64,000 bases of DNA from Camelus ferus. Taxonomy: Eukaryota. The stretch spans positions 18,602,001 to 18,666,000 of the forward strand of contig NC_045697.1 in NCBI RefSeq assembly GCF_009834535.1. Reading direction: 5' to 3'. Every line of letters starts with the position of its first letter. Position 1 is the stretch's first letter. Shown in pieces: positions 48,031 to 60,875 of this stretch. Under the pieces are notes generated by a model that saw only the letters and a list, made by a program, of their open reading frames with translations, searched no databases and had not been told where the DNA came from. The position numbers and the translations under genes are program-made.

Positions 48031-51000
48031 CTGTATGGATATTATTATAAGCTAATAGTAGAATAAGAACAGTGAGATAATAGTAGGAAAAAAAAAAAAC
48101 AAAAGGATAAAATGAGTTAGTTAATGTAAAGGACTGAGCCAGGATTCAAATCCAGGCAGTCTGGCAGGTCATGACGGTGCCATACCAATGCCTATAAAAT
48201 GGATTTTTTTAAAATGTCATTAAGATGCATGCTCACTGCAGTGCCACTCACAATAACCCAAAGGTGGAAACAACCAGGCTGACTGGCTTTTTGCCTCATT
48301 CTTACTTTGCTAGGAACCATAATTTAGGCAGACTTATATTTTTATTATAACTCACGCAAATGCACCAAAGACAATAACAATATTTAACACTTATACAGTA
48401 GATAGCAAGGAAGTGGCAGTCAGGGTTTGAATTTGAAAGACTTATTCAGCCAAGTCCTTGTTCTAACCACTAGACCTACTGCCCACACATAATTAGTCTG
48501 TTATAATGGTTCTTTTGTTTCTTTAGATGCTCCTTATTTCTGATACAACTGATAGTTTATTTTTATCTCCTTGCAAGTAAGTTCAGTTCATTTCTCTTCT
48601 GTTTTTTTCTTCAACTAATCATTAGCTTTCCACTTTTGTCCTGACATCATAATGGTTCACAAAATATATTCATAGTAAAATAAAAATGACAAGCATAGCT
48701 TTTGCATTCTGCCACCTTGTAATGAAGTCTGATAAAATATCTCCACTGATGTATTTTGACACCTTGTGGAAAGTGCTCCACTGGACTGTCATTTTTATCA
48801 CCTTACCTTGAGATGGTGGCAAGAATAAATCCCTCCCCCAGGCTCTCTGACAATATCCAACAAGGAAATGTGTAAGTGGGCTTTATAAACATCAGCAAAA
48901 GTGATGGATTCTGAACATAAAAACGTGTCGGTGGAAGAATCAACCACTTCGATGATGTGACCTGTTTACAGATTTATTGATTGAAAGGAGAAATATTTTA
49001 ACTCCATTTTATACCCCCAAATAACCACAAAGTCATAGGAACAAGGCTGGAGCCTCATGAACAGGTTGATTATTTTAAGTAAAACTAAATAATTGATTAA
49101 GCCAATTAGCTTGAATTGCCATTTTCATTTAACAGAGTCCTTTCTTTGAGATAACCAGTCAGTTCAGCCCAATTGTAAATCTAAGACGTGTGTTCCAAAA
49201 GGAAATATTGTACCAGGTCCAATTATTTTTACAGTGTCTGTTTTTATCAGTTCCGATTTTCTTCCCACTTGTATGCATTTGGTAGTCTCAGGGAAGTGAT
49301 CAATTTGTAACTGAATCTGCTTAAGTAAGAAATATTGTTTCTCCTCCCCATAACAACAATAATAACTGTTTATTTAGCACTGACTATGTGCGCTACATCC
49401 GTCATTAGAGAAATACTTCAGTGGCAGTTGAGTAGGTGTCTCTGCAGCCCGTTCCACTGTTGTGTGGCTGACAGCAAATGGCTTGGATCTCTCTGCACTT
49501 GGTTTCCACATCTGTAAATCATGATACCTATATTATAGGATTGTCATTAGGATTAAATACATTTATATATATAAAGAGTTGAAAAGCATGCCTGGAAACT
49601 GGTATAAGTTGGCTGTTGTTTTTCTGTTCCTAAGCACCGTCTAGGTTTTGTATTCTTATCCCTGGATCACAGTTAAAGGAAGTGAAGTTCAGAATGGTAA
49701 ATACTTTGCCCAAGGTCTCACATACAGAGCAAGCAGCTGCTTTTCCCTCTCCAGATGTTCAAGTAGTAGCATATGCACTGTAGAAAGAATTAAGACAGTC
49801 CCTTTTTTTCTTATCTGACATCCTGAAATGATTAAGATTTGGGATGGTTGGTGCTTGATTGGACATTTATTTCCCCAGATGGTGAGCAAAGCATTGCTGA
49901 ATACATTTGAGGACTGTCGGGGACAGAATATGTGTGCTATAAATTGAAATACTGGGGGGAAAAACTGGGAATGATTGCACCCTTGTTATCCCAATATTCT
50001 TTCTTAGAGGCGCTTACGTGACCATAAGTGTCAAAGTAGCAAACTATTCTTTACACATTTGATTTTCTTATTACCCACCATCTGATCTGTCTCTTGCAAC
50101 AAGTTTTCCTTCCCCATTTGGGGTTGTATTCAATTATCCTTTAGAGAATTAGACCCTCTGATTCCCCAGTCCTTTCAGCCTCATTAAGATGTTGCCTTGT
50201 CTCTATTTCGTGTGTGTAATGTTAGCTTATTATTCAGCTGCTGACTCTGTCTTCTGACTCTGGTTTTCTGTTAAATTTTCCCCAACACCATAATTGTTGA
50301 GGTCCTTAGGATCTTCAACACTGTTATAATTCTTTTGCATTTCAGTGTGTCTTTTCAAAGCAAAATCAAGAGCAAATAAAAGAAGCACAGGTTATGCACC
50401 TTTGTGGGAAGCACTGAATCAGACAAGGTCAGAGACTCATTGATATGAAAACTGAGAGTCTTGTTCAAAAGGAAATTGGAAAGTGTTTCTGTGAAATGTC
50501 TCTTTTGGCAAAAATCAAAGAGGAACAAGTGAGTTATCAGCCATGTATAGTTCTGTCCTTGTGAATTCAGGGCACCTTAATATTTAGGTGGCAAAGAATT
50601 TTATTAACAGTAACAGGATATCCCTAGCTTAGGCAGGAAATCATTTTCAAAAAATGTCAGAGCTCATTGTACAAAAAGATTATAATTACAAAATAGTCAT
50701 GGTGGATTCCATTTTGGGGTTTGGAGGTGAATAAAGACAGCTTAGCGATTATAGGGGCTTCCTGTTTTGAATTTAGGAAAAGCCAAGACTTTCGAAAATC
50801 TTTTTAGATGTAATGTTTATGGAAGGCAAAGGATACTATCCCAGAATGTTGGATCGTGCAGCTAAATGTTGGTTTGTACATTCTAAGTAATTTAGACTAT
50901 TGGACAGAGTACTAAACTACTGTAGTTTCCCCTTCATTTCTTGCCTAAAAAGGGCAATAGTGAGAAAATGACTTTAACCAAAATATTCAACAGGCATTTA

Positions 51001-51194
51001 TTAAAAGCCTGCGGTACAAATAACATTTCTGCAGAAGGCGCTTACATTATACCTGAGGAAGCAGAAGATGAAATATACACTCCTGAGGATTTACTAGGGG
51101 ACAGAAGAATAATAAAATTGCCAGCATGAAGGAACCCAAGAGTAATTCCCTAGTTATATATAAATTAGTGGTGTGCTCTTCCCTTAGGTAACCA

Positions 51195-51485
51195 CATGGC
51201 TCACTTCCTCACCTCTTTCAAGTCTTGCCCAAATGTCACCTTTTCAGTAAGAACTTCCCTGACCAATCTCTATATAAATTGTACCACCTGTCTCATAAAC
51301 CCTGTTTTACTTTTCTCCATCACCTTTTAGCTTATTACACAATTTGTATATCATCTATCCTACGCACTGTAAGCCTTACAGCCCCCACCTCTAAGTGTAA
51401 CTTTCATAAAAGCAGGAGTTGCCTTTTGTTCATTGCCAAATCCTTAGCAGATGGTAGAGTACTTGGCACATAGTAGGTGTTCAAA
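51195..51485 (+). mobile_element. L2 3' fragment
   Basis: Contains catggctcacttcctcacctctttcaagtc...cttggcacatagtaggtgttcaa. Confidence 0.8.
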
Positions 51486-52584
51486 AAACTGGCCTAATAT
51501 AGTGTTTAATAGGGTAAGCCAGACGACATGTTAATGCTGAAATTTTTCAAAATAAGTAAGATTTGGCAGTGTTAATGAAAAAAAGCTTCTTGGAAGAAGT
51601 AACGTGTGCCTTTCAACCCCAAACAGATTGATTTGATGAAAATAGTGATTACAACACAGGTTTTTGGATGCTAGACCAAACTCTGCCTCTATTTAGCTGG
51701 GTGACCTCAACCAAGACATTTAACTTTGGTTTTTGTGGATCTCTGAAGATATTTCTACCTGGGGCCAAGGACTTTTTTAAAAAACAAAACAAAAAATGAA
51801 GAAATTTAAAGAGAGAACCACTGCATTCTTTGCCTAGCCTCTTCTAGGTGAAACTGAAGCAGGAGATATTCAAGGTGATGCTTTGCACAATGGTCACCTT
51901 TGTTAATGCGACTTGGATGTATCAGGCCTTACATCAATTTGTAAAGAAAGTTCCTTCCCACTTCTGGTGGCTTCTCTGGGCTCTCCTGGTACCCTCTAGC
52001 TGTTCCAAAAGCCCTCTGGGGCATCCATCCAAGCCTGCCTGCTCCCGAAGTAAACCATACTCAAAAATTATGTCTTCCTGTCCTTTGCTCTCCAAGCAAA
52101 AAGTCTGCTTCCTTAGCCTCCTGCCAGTTAGGACTGGATCCTGTTGCGCTAATTCCCTCTAGGGTGGGAATGACAGATTGTTGGCTGGACTAACCTTCTT
52201 TTTTCCTCACCACCAAAGTGAGACCTGATGCTACAGGAGCAGTTGGAAGGGAAGGAAACTTAAAATATCCAGTGCCTAGAATCTGCCTGAACTTTTAACA
52301 TATTAAGTTATTTCATCCTCAACCAGGTAAATGATATTACTCTCTGAGGAACTAAAGTTCATGAGAGGTAAAGAATGGACAGAATCCAAAACTTTCTGTG
52401 TTATCACATAACTGCCCTGAATAAATGAGCCTAGAAGTAGAATTCTAGATTTTGCAGCATCCTTCCTCAGCTACATAAATAAACTCTGGCTGTGACCTTG
52501 AGTAAGTCCTGTGACCTTGAGTAAGTAATCTCTCTTACAGTTTCCATTCTCTCAACTGAGAAATGAGAGATATTAATAATAATT

Positions 52585-53002
52585 GTCATTAATTATTTCT
52601 TGCTTATGACAAATCACTCCAAAACTTAGTTTCCTAAAATAACAATAGTCATCCCTGAGGGTCAGAAATTTGAGGTTCTTTCATGAGGTTGCAGTCAGAT
52701 GTCAACTGGGGTCTGCAGTCATCTGAAAGTCGGACTGGGGATGGAGAATTTATTTCCAAAAAGGCTCACTCACATGACTGGGAAGTTAGTTTCTCTCCAT
52801 GTGGGCCTCTCCACAGTGTTGCTTGAGTGTCTTCACAGGATGGCAGCTGGCTTCATCCAGAGCAAGCCCTCCAAGAGACCAAGACAGAAGTTGCAATGAC
52901 TATGCCTTATGACTTAGAAGTCACCTACCAGCATCTCTGCTATATTCTATTGGTCACCCAAGGGTGGGAGGGGAAATGCAGGGTCATTGTAGAAGCTTCT
53001 AC
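52585..53002 (-). mobile_element. Old MaLR LTR (MLT1G/H-like) inserted in a MIR
   Basis: Contains acaaatcactccaaaacttagt...gaggttgcagtcagatgtcaactgggg...ggctcactcacatgactgg...ctccatgtgggcctctccacag. Confidence 0.75.
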
Positions 53003-53843
53003 AGCAGTATCTACCCCATAGGTTGTGAGGAAGAGTAAATAAAATAGCCCATGTTAAACTGCATACATAATAAACACTGAATAAATGGAAGTGTTATTAC
53101 AGAATGTCTACAGTAAATGCCAACCTACATTAGGGCTGGGGCTGACTCCAAACTCTACCCTGAGTTTAATTTTATTAGATTTTTAACAAGAAGCTACCTT
53201 GTGAAATGCTTGATCCCACATGAGAACCCAGCAGGAAGAACCCAGAAAGTCACAGAGCTCAGGCAAAACAGCAACAACAACAAACATGAGTTCAATGAAC
53301 AGATGAATTAGCAAATGACATATGGGGGCCAGGCTCCGAGGACCAGGGCAGCCACTTGCCCTTGGCAGGCTCAACAGCTCACCCTGGCTGGGAAGCACCT
53401 GGAGTACCTTGTCACTCCCTCCTAAACAGCAACAGCAACAACCAGTGCACCTCTAGCTACAGTCTTATCTTGCAGGTGCTGTCACTTAAATAGTGTAGTG
53501 TTGTGCTTTCCAAACATATTCAGGGAAGCATTACTGCAAAAAAGCATTACTAAGTGGATCTCCAAAGCAGCTGCATGGTCCAACACATTTGAAAAGGCTA
53601 CCCATGAGATCTTTTTTTTGGAGACTTACAGCACACATTTTGTGCCATGTTCAAGACTCTAGGAAGCTCTATGGTTAAACAAATAAAAAATTAGAAGGAA
53701 AAAAAAAACTTGTTTAGTTAGATTTGACTCGGCATTTTGCAAGCTCATTAGAACACAACACACGCACTCTTTTCTTCCCCACTGCAGGTGTAAGCCTCCT
53801 GCTTGGAAGCATTGCCAACTTCCTCAAGTCATGATGATGGATG

Positions 53844-54355
53844 TGACATAGGAACATGGGGTGGGAGAGGAGGGCTGTGTCCCAGGTCTCAGGTGAGTCC
53901 CTGGGACATGCACCACCAAGTGTGGGTCCTTGGCTTCGGGCAGGAAAGAATTCAAGGGCGAGCCGCAGTAGAGGATTATTAGTGGGTAGATTTATTCAGA
54001 GAGATACATACTCCATAGACAGAGGGCAGGCCATCTCGGAAGGCCAGAGACAGAGATTAGGATGTGCAGGGCTGTTAGCTTTTATCGGCTCAGTATCTTC
54101 ATATGCTAACAAGTGGGAGGAATATTCCAACTATTTTGGGGAAGGGTCAGGGATTCCCAGGAATTGGGCCACCACCCACTTTTTTACCTTTTATAGTTAG
54201 CCTTAAAGCTGTCATGGCACCTGTGGGAGTGCTGTTTCCCATGACAACGTATTACAGTGAGCGTATAATGAAGCTCTAGTTCTATGAGAGTCGGATCTTC
54301 ACTTCCTGTGTCATTCCTTTAATGGCTATGCCCTGCCCCCTTGCTTCCTGTCCCA
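53844..54355 (-). mobile_element. ERV1-class solo LTR, 512 bp
   Basis: TG...CA termini and a 4-bp TSD GATG at 53840-53843 and 54356-54359. Contains ttggcttcgggcaggaaagaattcaagggcgagcc and a reverse poly(A) signal tttatt, as seen in MER41/LTR8-like LTRs. Confidence 0.8.
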
Positions 54356-56183
54356 GATGAGCCACTAAAACTTTTTGGCCCTTACTTGCCCCATCAGTAT
54401 AATGTGGATAATACTCACTTCATTAGGTTACTGAGAAAATTAAATAATAAAGGTACTTCACTTGGTATTTGAGTCCCAGTAAGAGCTTGACCCTTAAGGT
54501 TCCAATTCCAGCTCCACCATGAAAGAGCTGTTTGACCTTGATTGACCAAGTTCCTTTTACTTCTCCATCAGCTTTCCGGTCTGTACAACAAGGAGAATAA
54601 TTGCCCCTATCTCATAGCTTTAACATGGGGATGCAGTAAAAGGAAGCCAGAGACACACTGAGCGCTGGCTTGGCACTCCACGAGAGCTCACTAGTTGTCC
54701 AGGTATCATCATGACTGTTGTGGCCAGAGGTCACAGAGCTGGCAAGGAACAAATTCAGTTAATGAACCCTAGCCCGGCTGCCTCAGGGTGCATGTGCTTC
54801 CCCCTCTGCTGTGACATACAATCAACAGAAATGAGACATGGTCAATTTCAGAGTGGCTCTGGGAGAGGAGTGTGTCGGCAGTTAGAGACAAGTGGGTGGC
54901 AACGATTCCGGAGAGCTTCCCAGAAGCGGTGGGGTTGCAGGAAGATATTTAAAGACGAGGAGGCAGGTGGCTGGGCAGATGGGGGTGGCAGGGTTTTACA
55001 TACTCAGGACAGCCGGAACAACGGCTTGCAGGAGTGAGTGGTGGCGGCTGCAAGACGCCAGCTTTGTTGGAACAAAGCAGCAGGTGAGGGCCAGAGAGTC
55101 CACACTCCAGGCACCCAGGGAGGGCTGAGGCAGAATAAAACCCTTGGCAGGGAGATGGCGGCCCCATTTGCCTTTTTCAATCAATCAGCCAACAATTGAG
55201 CGACCAGCCTTGAATCAAAGCCCCGTTCCCCTCCCTCCCCACACTCTGTGCCCCAAGCAACGGCTGTGCAGATAACACTTCAGCTTCTGAGGACTTCTCC
55301 TCCCTCCTGAAGCCACGATCAGCCGTACAGAAATTTATTTTTATTATGGAGCTCCTATTTCTGCTTTTGCCATCACCGCAGATCAGTTTGGGTTTTGTCT
55401 CCCAGCCAAGGGCTTTTCATATTTTCCAGATCACTCAAAAGTCTGTATGGGCTGCCTGGAGCAGGTTTAAGGAACAATCTGAGATTTCTTTCTGAATAAG
55501 CAGTTATTTGTACTTTGTTTTGCTTTTCTTGGTTACTGAAGAGAAACAGTGACACAAAGTAAGCACTGCTAACACCACATTGAGCAGCACAAATGTCAAT
55601 GGTAGTGACTTTACAGATAAATAGTCACATTGTCGGGCGCACAAGAGTCTCATTGAGGAAATCTGTGCAGTGACTGCTAACAGGGTTAACACTTTGGGCA
55701 CAATGTAATCAAGGAAAGAACTGTAAACCTTGCACAGAGTGACTTGGGAAGGTACTAAAAGGAAATACCAACCCAGGATCCTGGGATACATACACTTCCA
55801 GAACAGTCACAGTGCCTGGAGGAGAGAGAGAGGCACAGAGAGACACAGAGAAAGAACCTGACAGAGTGGAACTTTATGTTTATGGGGAAGTGGAGAGCGT
55901 TCCTTAATTATTTCAGTGATTATGGTAAATCCAGTTACACTCTCTTTTATTCTCTGTTTTAATCATGGTTCTACTCAAAGCCAAGAGATTTTTTAAAAAA
56001 TGAGATGTAAAATGCATTTTACCACTTTGCAATATTTTTCTTGTAAAGGATGTTATTGTAAAGAGAATAAAACCCTTTTAGCAGAAATTTAAATAACTGA
56101 ATACTTAGAACTCCCACCACCCCCTTCTCAGAGCTTTGGCAGATGACAATGTGGGCAAGATTTGTGTGTCCTGCCTCCCTGTT

Positions 56184-56739
56184 TACGGTTGCCAAATTTA
56201 GCAAATAAAAATACAGGATGTCTAATTAAATTTGAATTTCCGATAAACTATGAACAATTTTTTAGTGTAAGTATATTCTGACCATTGCTCAGGACCTACT
56301 AAAAAATTATTTGTTGTTGCATTCAAGTTTAACTGGGGAATATGATATCAAGCATGTGTGGAATCTAAAAAAAAAAGAGAAAGAGGATACTAATGAACTC
56401 ATCTACAAAACAGAAACAGACTTGCAGGCTTAGTAAACAATCTTATGGGTACTGGGGAAAAGGGAGTGGGAAGGGATAAATTTGGGTAGTTGAGATTTGC
56501 AAATGTTAGCCACTAACATAAAAATAGATAAAAAACAAATGTCTTCTGTACAGCACAAGGAACTGTATTCAATATCTTGTAATACCCTTTAATGAAAAAG
56601 AATATGAAAACAAATATATGTATATACATGCATGACTGGGACATTGTGCTGTACACCAGAAATTGAGACACTGTAACTGACTATACTTAAATTAAAAAAA
56701 AAATTAACTGGAGATTCTGTATTTCATTTGACAACACCA
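56184..56739. mobile_element. MER53 MITE split by an L1 insertion
   Basis: Reads tacggttgccaaatttagcaaataaaaatacaggatg...ttaaatttgaattt up to 56336, then resumes at 56704 as ttaactggagattctgtattt...tgacaacacca. Confidence 0.85.
56337..56703 (+). mobile_element. Young L1 3' end nested in MER53
   Basis: Contains gtggaatctaaaa...catctacaaaacagaaacagac...gtgctgtacaccagaaattgagacactgtaactgactatactt(A)n. TSD ttaactgg at 56329-56336 and 56704-56711. Confidence 0.9.
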
Positions 56740-56754
56740 TTCTAACTGACTATA

Positions 56755-57240
56755 GATGTGTAGTTTATTTCTGGACTCTCAATTCTATTCTCTTGATCTC
56801 TAAATCTTCACACCTATACTACACAGTCTCGTGATTATTGTAGCTTTGTGATAAGTTTTGAAATGGGCGAGCCGAGGCTTCCAAATTTGTTGTTCTTTTT
56901 AAAGACTATTTTGGCTATTCTGGGTCTCTTCTATTTCCACATGGACTTTAGGACCAGCTTGTCAATTTCTGCAGTGAAGTCAGTTGTCATTTTCATAGGA
57001 ATTGCACTGAATCTGGGGATCGGCTTGAGGAGTACTGCCACCTGAACTGTATTAAGTTTTCCAATTCATGAATATAGGATGTTTTTCCATTAATTTAGAT
57101 CTTCTTTATTAATTTACGTCAATGAAGCTTTGTAGTTTCCAGTGTACAAGTCTAGTACTTCTTTTGTTAAGCTTATTCCTAAGCATTTTATTCTTTTCAA
57201 TGCTGTTGTAAATAGGAACAACTGATTTTGATATACTGAT
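56755..57240 (-). mobile_element. Old L1 ORF2-region fragment
   Basis: Contains tttatttctggactctcaattctattc...ttttggctattctgggtc...ggaattgcactgaatct...ttattcctaagcattttattc. Confidence 0.85.
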
Positions 57241-57469
57241 TGCTGTAATACCTAAGAGTGTGAGTTTGAAAATCCATTGTTTAAAATTTACATACTGATT
57301 GCCTGCTACAAGGACATTAACTTTTCTGGGAATTTCATTAGCTTGGCTCTTTGGGAAAATACTGCTGTCATTAGCTAAGGGATCATAAACACATAATCAG
57401 ATTATCAGTTCAGATAAACCCCTGGAAGTAGGAAGAGGCAAGAACTCCACAGGCAAATGTGCTGTACTT

Positions 57470-57643
57470 TTTTTTTGTTTGCACTCTTTTTCTTTTTTCT
57501 GCCAATTTTTTTTTTTTTGAGGGGGAGGTAATTAGGTTTACGTATTTATTTATTTTTAAAGGAGGTACTGGAGATTGAACCCAGGACCTTATGTATGCTG
57601 AGCATGTGCTCTACCACTTGAGCTATACCTTCCCTCCCTAGAG
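57470..57643 (-). mobile_element. Camelid tRNA-Ala-derived SINE (Vic-1 type) with an extended 3' tail
   Basis: Contains ggaggtactggagattgaacccaggacc...ctaccacttgagctatacc. 11-bp TSD gtgctgtactt at 57459-57469 and 57644-57654. Confidence 0.92.
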
Positions 57644-58383
57644 GTGCTGTACTTCAGTACTGTAACCGCCAGTTTCTCTTACTGGACTTCAAACTCTGAG
57701 AGCTGAAACAGGGTCTTCTGCACAGTTCTGTCTCTAAAGCCCAGTCTGGTGCCTGCTGGAAGTGTTTTGCCTGACTCATCGACTAAGTGGAGTGGGTTAA
57801 AAATGGCACTGCTCAGGGGACAGAGCTCAGTGGGATCTTATCTCACTAAGGGGCCTCGCAGCCCACTGTGGTCAGATGTGGCTCATTTAAGCACCCTGTT
57901 CATAAAAAGAAAGGTCTATTGGGCTGTAAAAGTATTACCTGTTATCTATAGGATGTGCTGTAATATTTTTATTGCAGTCACTTTAACTTTTTTAAATATG
58001 TGGTACAGCAAACTGTCCTTTATGATTCTTGTTCAAGATTCTCTTGACAATTTTTGAGTTTCTCTTTTTTAATATTCTTTTCATTACTGGGTCCTTAGTG
58101 GGATTTTGACTGGATTCAATAACATTTTTATATTAACTTGAGAAGGATTTTATTATCATGATTTTTTTCTAATCCAAGATTTTGGTACATCTCTCCATTT
58201 ATTCAAGGCATGCTTTATTTCCTTCAATAAAATTTTACTGCTTTCTTCCTATAGGCTCTAGACTTCCCTTGTTAAATTTGTTCATGACACTATTTTTAAA
58301 GAATTTATTTTGTAATTTCTATGTATAACTCATTATTTCTAATATACAGAGAAGTTATTGTTTTTAAAAAAATATTTGTCTTA

Positions 58384-59070
58384 GCAGCCACTATGGAAAA
58401 CAGTATGAAGTTTCCTTAAAAAAACTTAAAGTAGAGCTACTATATGATCCAGCAATGCCACTCCTGAGTATATATCTGGAAACTACAAAAACTCTAATTC
58501 AAAAAGACACATGCATCCCAATGTTCATAGCAGCACTATTTATAATAGCCAAGACGTGGAAACGACCTGGAAACAACTGGAAACAACCCAGGTGCCCATC
58601 AATAGATGATTGGTTTAAGAAGATGTGGTGTATATATATATGTACAATTTTTATTCAGTCATGAAAAAACTGCCATTTGCAGCAACATGGATGGATTTAG
58701 AGAATATTATGCTTGGTGAAGTAAGTCAGACAAAGACAAACTCTATGATATCACTTAAATGTGGAATCTAAAAAAAATAATACAAATGAATCTATATTCA
58801 AAACAGAAACAGACTCACACACATAGAAAATAAACTTATGGTTACCAAAGGGGAGGGGAGAGAGAAACAAATTAGGAATATGAGATTAGTTGATCGAAAC
58901 TACTATACATAAAATAGATAAGCAACAAGGATTTACTGTACAACATAGGGAATTATATTCAATATCTTATAATAACTTATAATGGAATATAATCTAAAAA
59001 AATAACTGAATCACTGTGCTGTACACCTGAAACTAACACAATATTATAAATCAACTATATTTCAACTAAA
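58384..59070 (+). mobile_element. L1 fragment (ORF2 end plus 3' UTR) inserted in an older antisense L1 fossil (~58100-59370)
   Basis: The ORF at 58455 gives KDTCIPMFIAALFIIAKTWK...PRCPSIDDWFKKMW. The 3' UTR runs to tataaatcaactatatttcaa. Confidence 0.92.
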
Positions 59071-59191
59071 AGATTATCTTATACTCAGTTATTCTACCAA
59101 TTATCTTATTGGTTTTAATATTTTTAATTGAGTCATTTAGGATTTCTAGACATAAAAGCATATTATATACAAACAAAAATAACTTTGCCTT

Positions 59192-59265
59192 TGACACAAC
59201 ATTGTAAAATGACTATAACTCAATAAAAAAAGTTAAAAAAATAGATACTTCAAAAAATAAATAAG
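59192..59265 (+). mobile_element. Ultra-short young L1 terminus (~75 bp)
   Basis: Reads tgacacaacattgtaaaatgactataactcaataaaaaaagttaaaaaaa. TSD taactttgcctt at 59180-59191 and 59266-59277. Confidence 0.85.
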
Positions 59266-60149
59266 TAACTTTGCCTTTTCTTTTTCAATATTTGAAATTT
59301 TCATTTGTTTTTCCTATCTTATTACGTAGTTGAACCTCCCAAATAAAGCTAAATAATAGTGGTAGTATTTATCTATTACTGAAGTCAAGAGTATTTGCTT
59401 TCAAAATTTTTCTAGCCAATACAAACTTTAATACAAAACAGGAAGGTAAACTATATCATTATGGGGATTCAACAACAATTATATCTATAATATAGACATT
59501 AATATAATAACATATATACATATACGTAAGGATATATAATAGTGAATAATTCCCTGAGAGCACACTAAGCTTGAATCTCCGTGGGATAGAAATAGAGACT
59601 TGGAGGAATTTTTCATTCCTTAAATTCTTAAAAGAAGTGATGGGAGAGAGAAGCCAGGAAGAATCTGATGTATCTAAGATGGCAGATTAACAGTTCAAAG
59701 ATTAGGAACAGCTGGGGAGAACAAGAGACCAGAGATCAGAAAGCAGGATTTTCTTGGGCAAAAGCCAAAAACACCAGCTGGGAGGTGACCACTATGTCAA
59801 AACAGTTTCATGCAGAAGCCAAAGAGAGAATACAAAACTCTGATTGGAAAGAATCTTGAAGATTAATAGATAGTCTTGACAAGCAGCTTCTAGAACAGAG
59901 ATTTTCAAGCTCACAAAACATAACTTCCTATTGGTATCATCTTCCTAGTGGTGTAGTGGCATTCCTTGCCTAGCATAGTGCCCTGTATACAGTTGGTTAT
60001 CAAAAAAAAATTTGGTAGTTGTGGAATTAATAGACAAGGAGAGAGAGAAACAAGAACACCTAAAAAACGAAAAAGAAAAAAATGGCATTATTTAATACCA
60101 AAAGAGATGACTTTTGGAAGGGTCTTTTTTTTTTTTTTTTTAAAGAAAG

Positions 60150-60875
60150 CATGTTATTAAACTATAGCATGGATAAATAAAGGTGTACAAATCATATAGC
60201 ACAATAAATTATTACTTCCAGCTACCTACCACTGAAAACAAGAAACAGAACATCACAGTTCCCCAGAAGTTCCCCTTGAGTCCCCTCCTAGCCTCTACCC
60301 CCTCCAAAGGTAATCACAAAACAACATAGACTTATTTTAGCTGCTTTGTAACTTTGTATAAATAAAATCACACAGTATGTACCTTTTGTATCCAGCTTCT
60401 TTTGTTCAGCATTGTGCTTCTGAGATTCCTCCATGGAGTTGCATGTAGCAAAATTTCTTTATTTTCACTGCTGTATAATAATCCATTGCATGAATATACC
60501 ACAATTTATTTATCCATTCTATTGTTTATGGGCATTTAGGATGTTTCCAGATTGGAAGTATTAAGAATAGTGCTGCCATGAACATTTTATAAGGCATATG
60601 TCTTTGGATGAACATGTATAAGTTTCTGTAGGCTGTAAGTCAAGGAGTGGAACTGCTGGTCACAAACATTTATATTTGTAGCTTTAATAGATATTATTAA
60701 ACAGTTTTCAAAGTGGTTATACCAATTTATGTTCCTACTAACAATATATAGGTGTTCCAGTTGCTCTATACCCACCCCAACCCTGCATTGTTTCTTACAT
60801 TTTAAACATTCTGGTGGATATATAATGGTATTGCATTGAAGTTCCAATTTGCATTTTCCTGATGACTTATGAGGT
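60150..60875 (-). mobile_element. Old L1 (L1ME-like) 3' fragment
   Basis: Contains cagaacatcacagttccccagaag...tccattgcatgaatataccacaatttatttatccattct...ttttcaaagtggttataccaattta. Confidence 0.85.
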
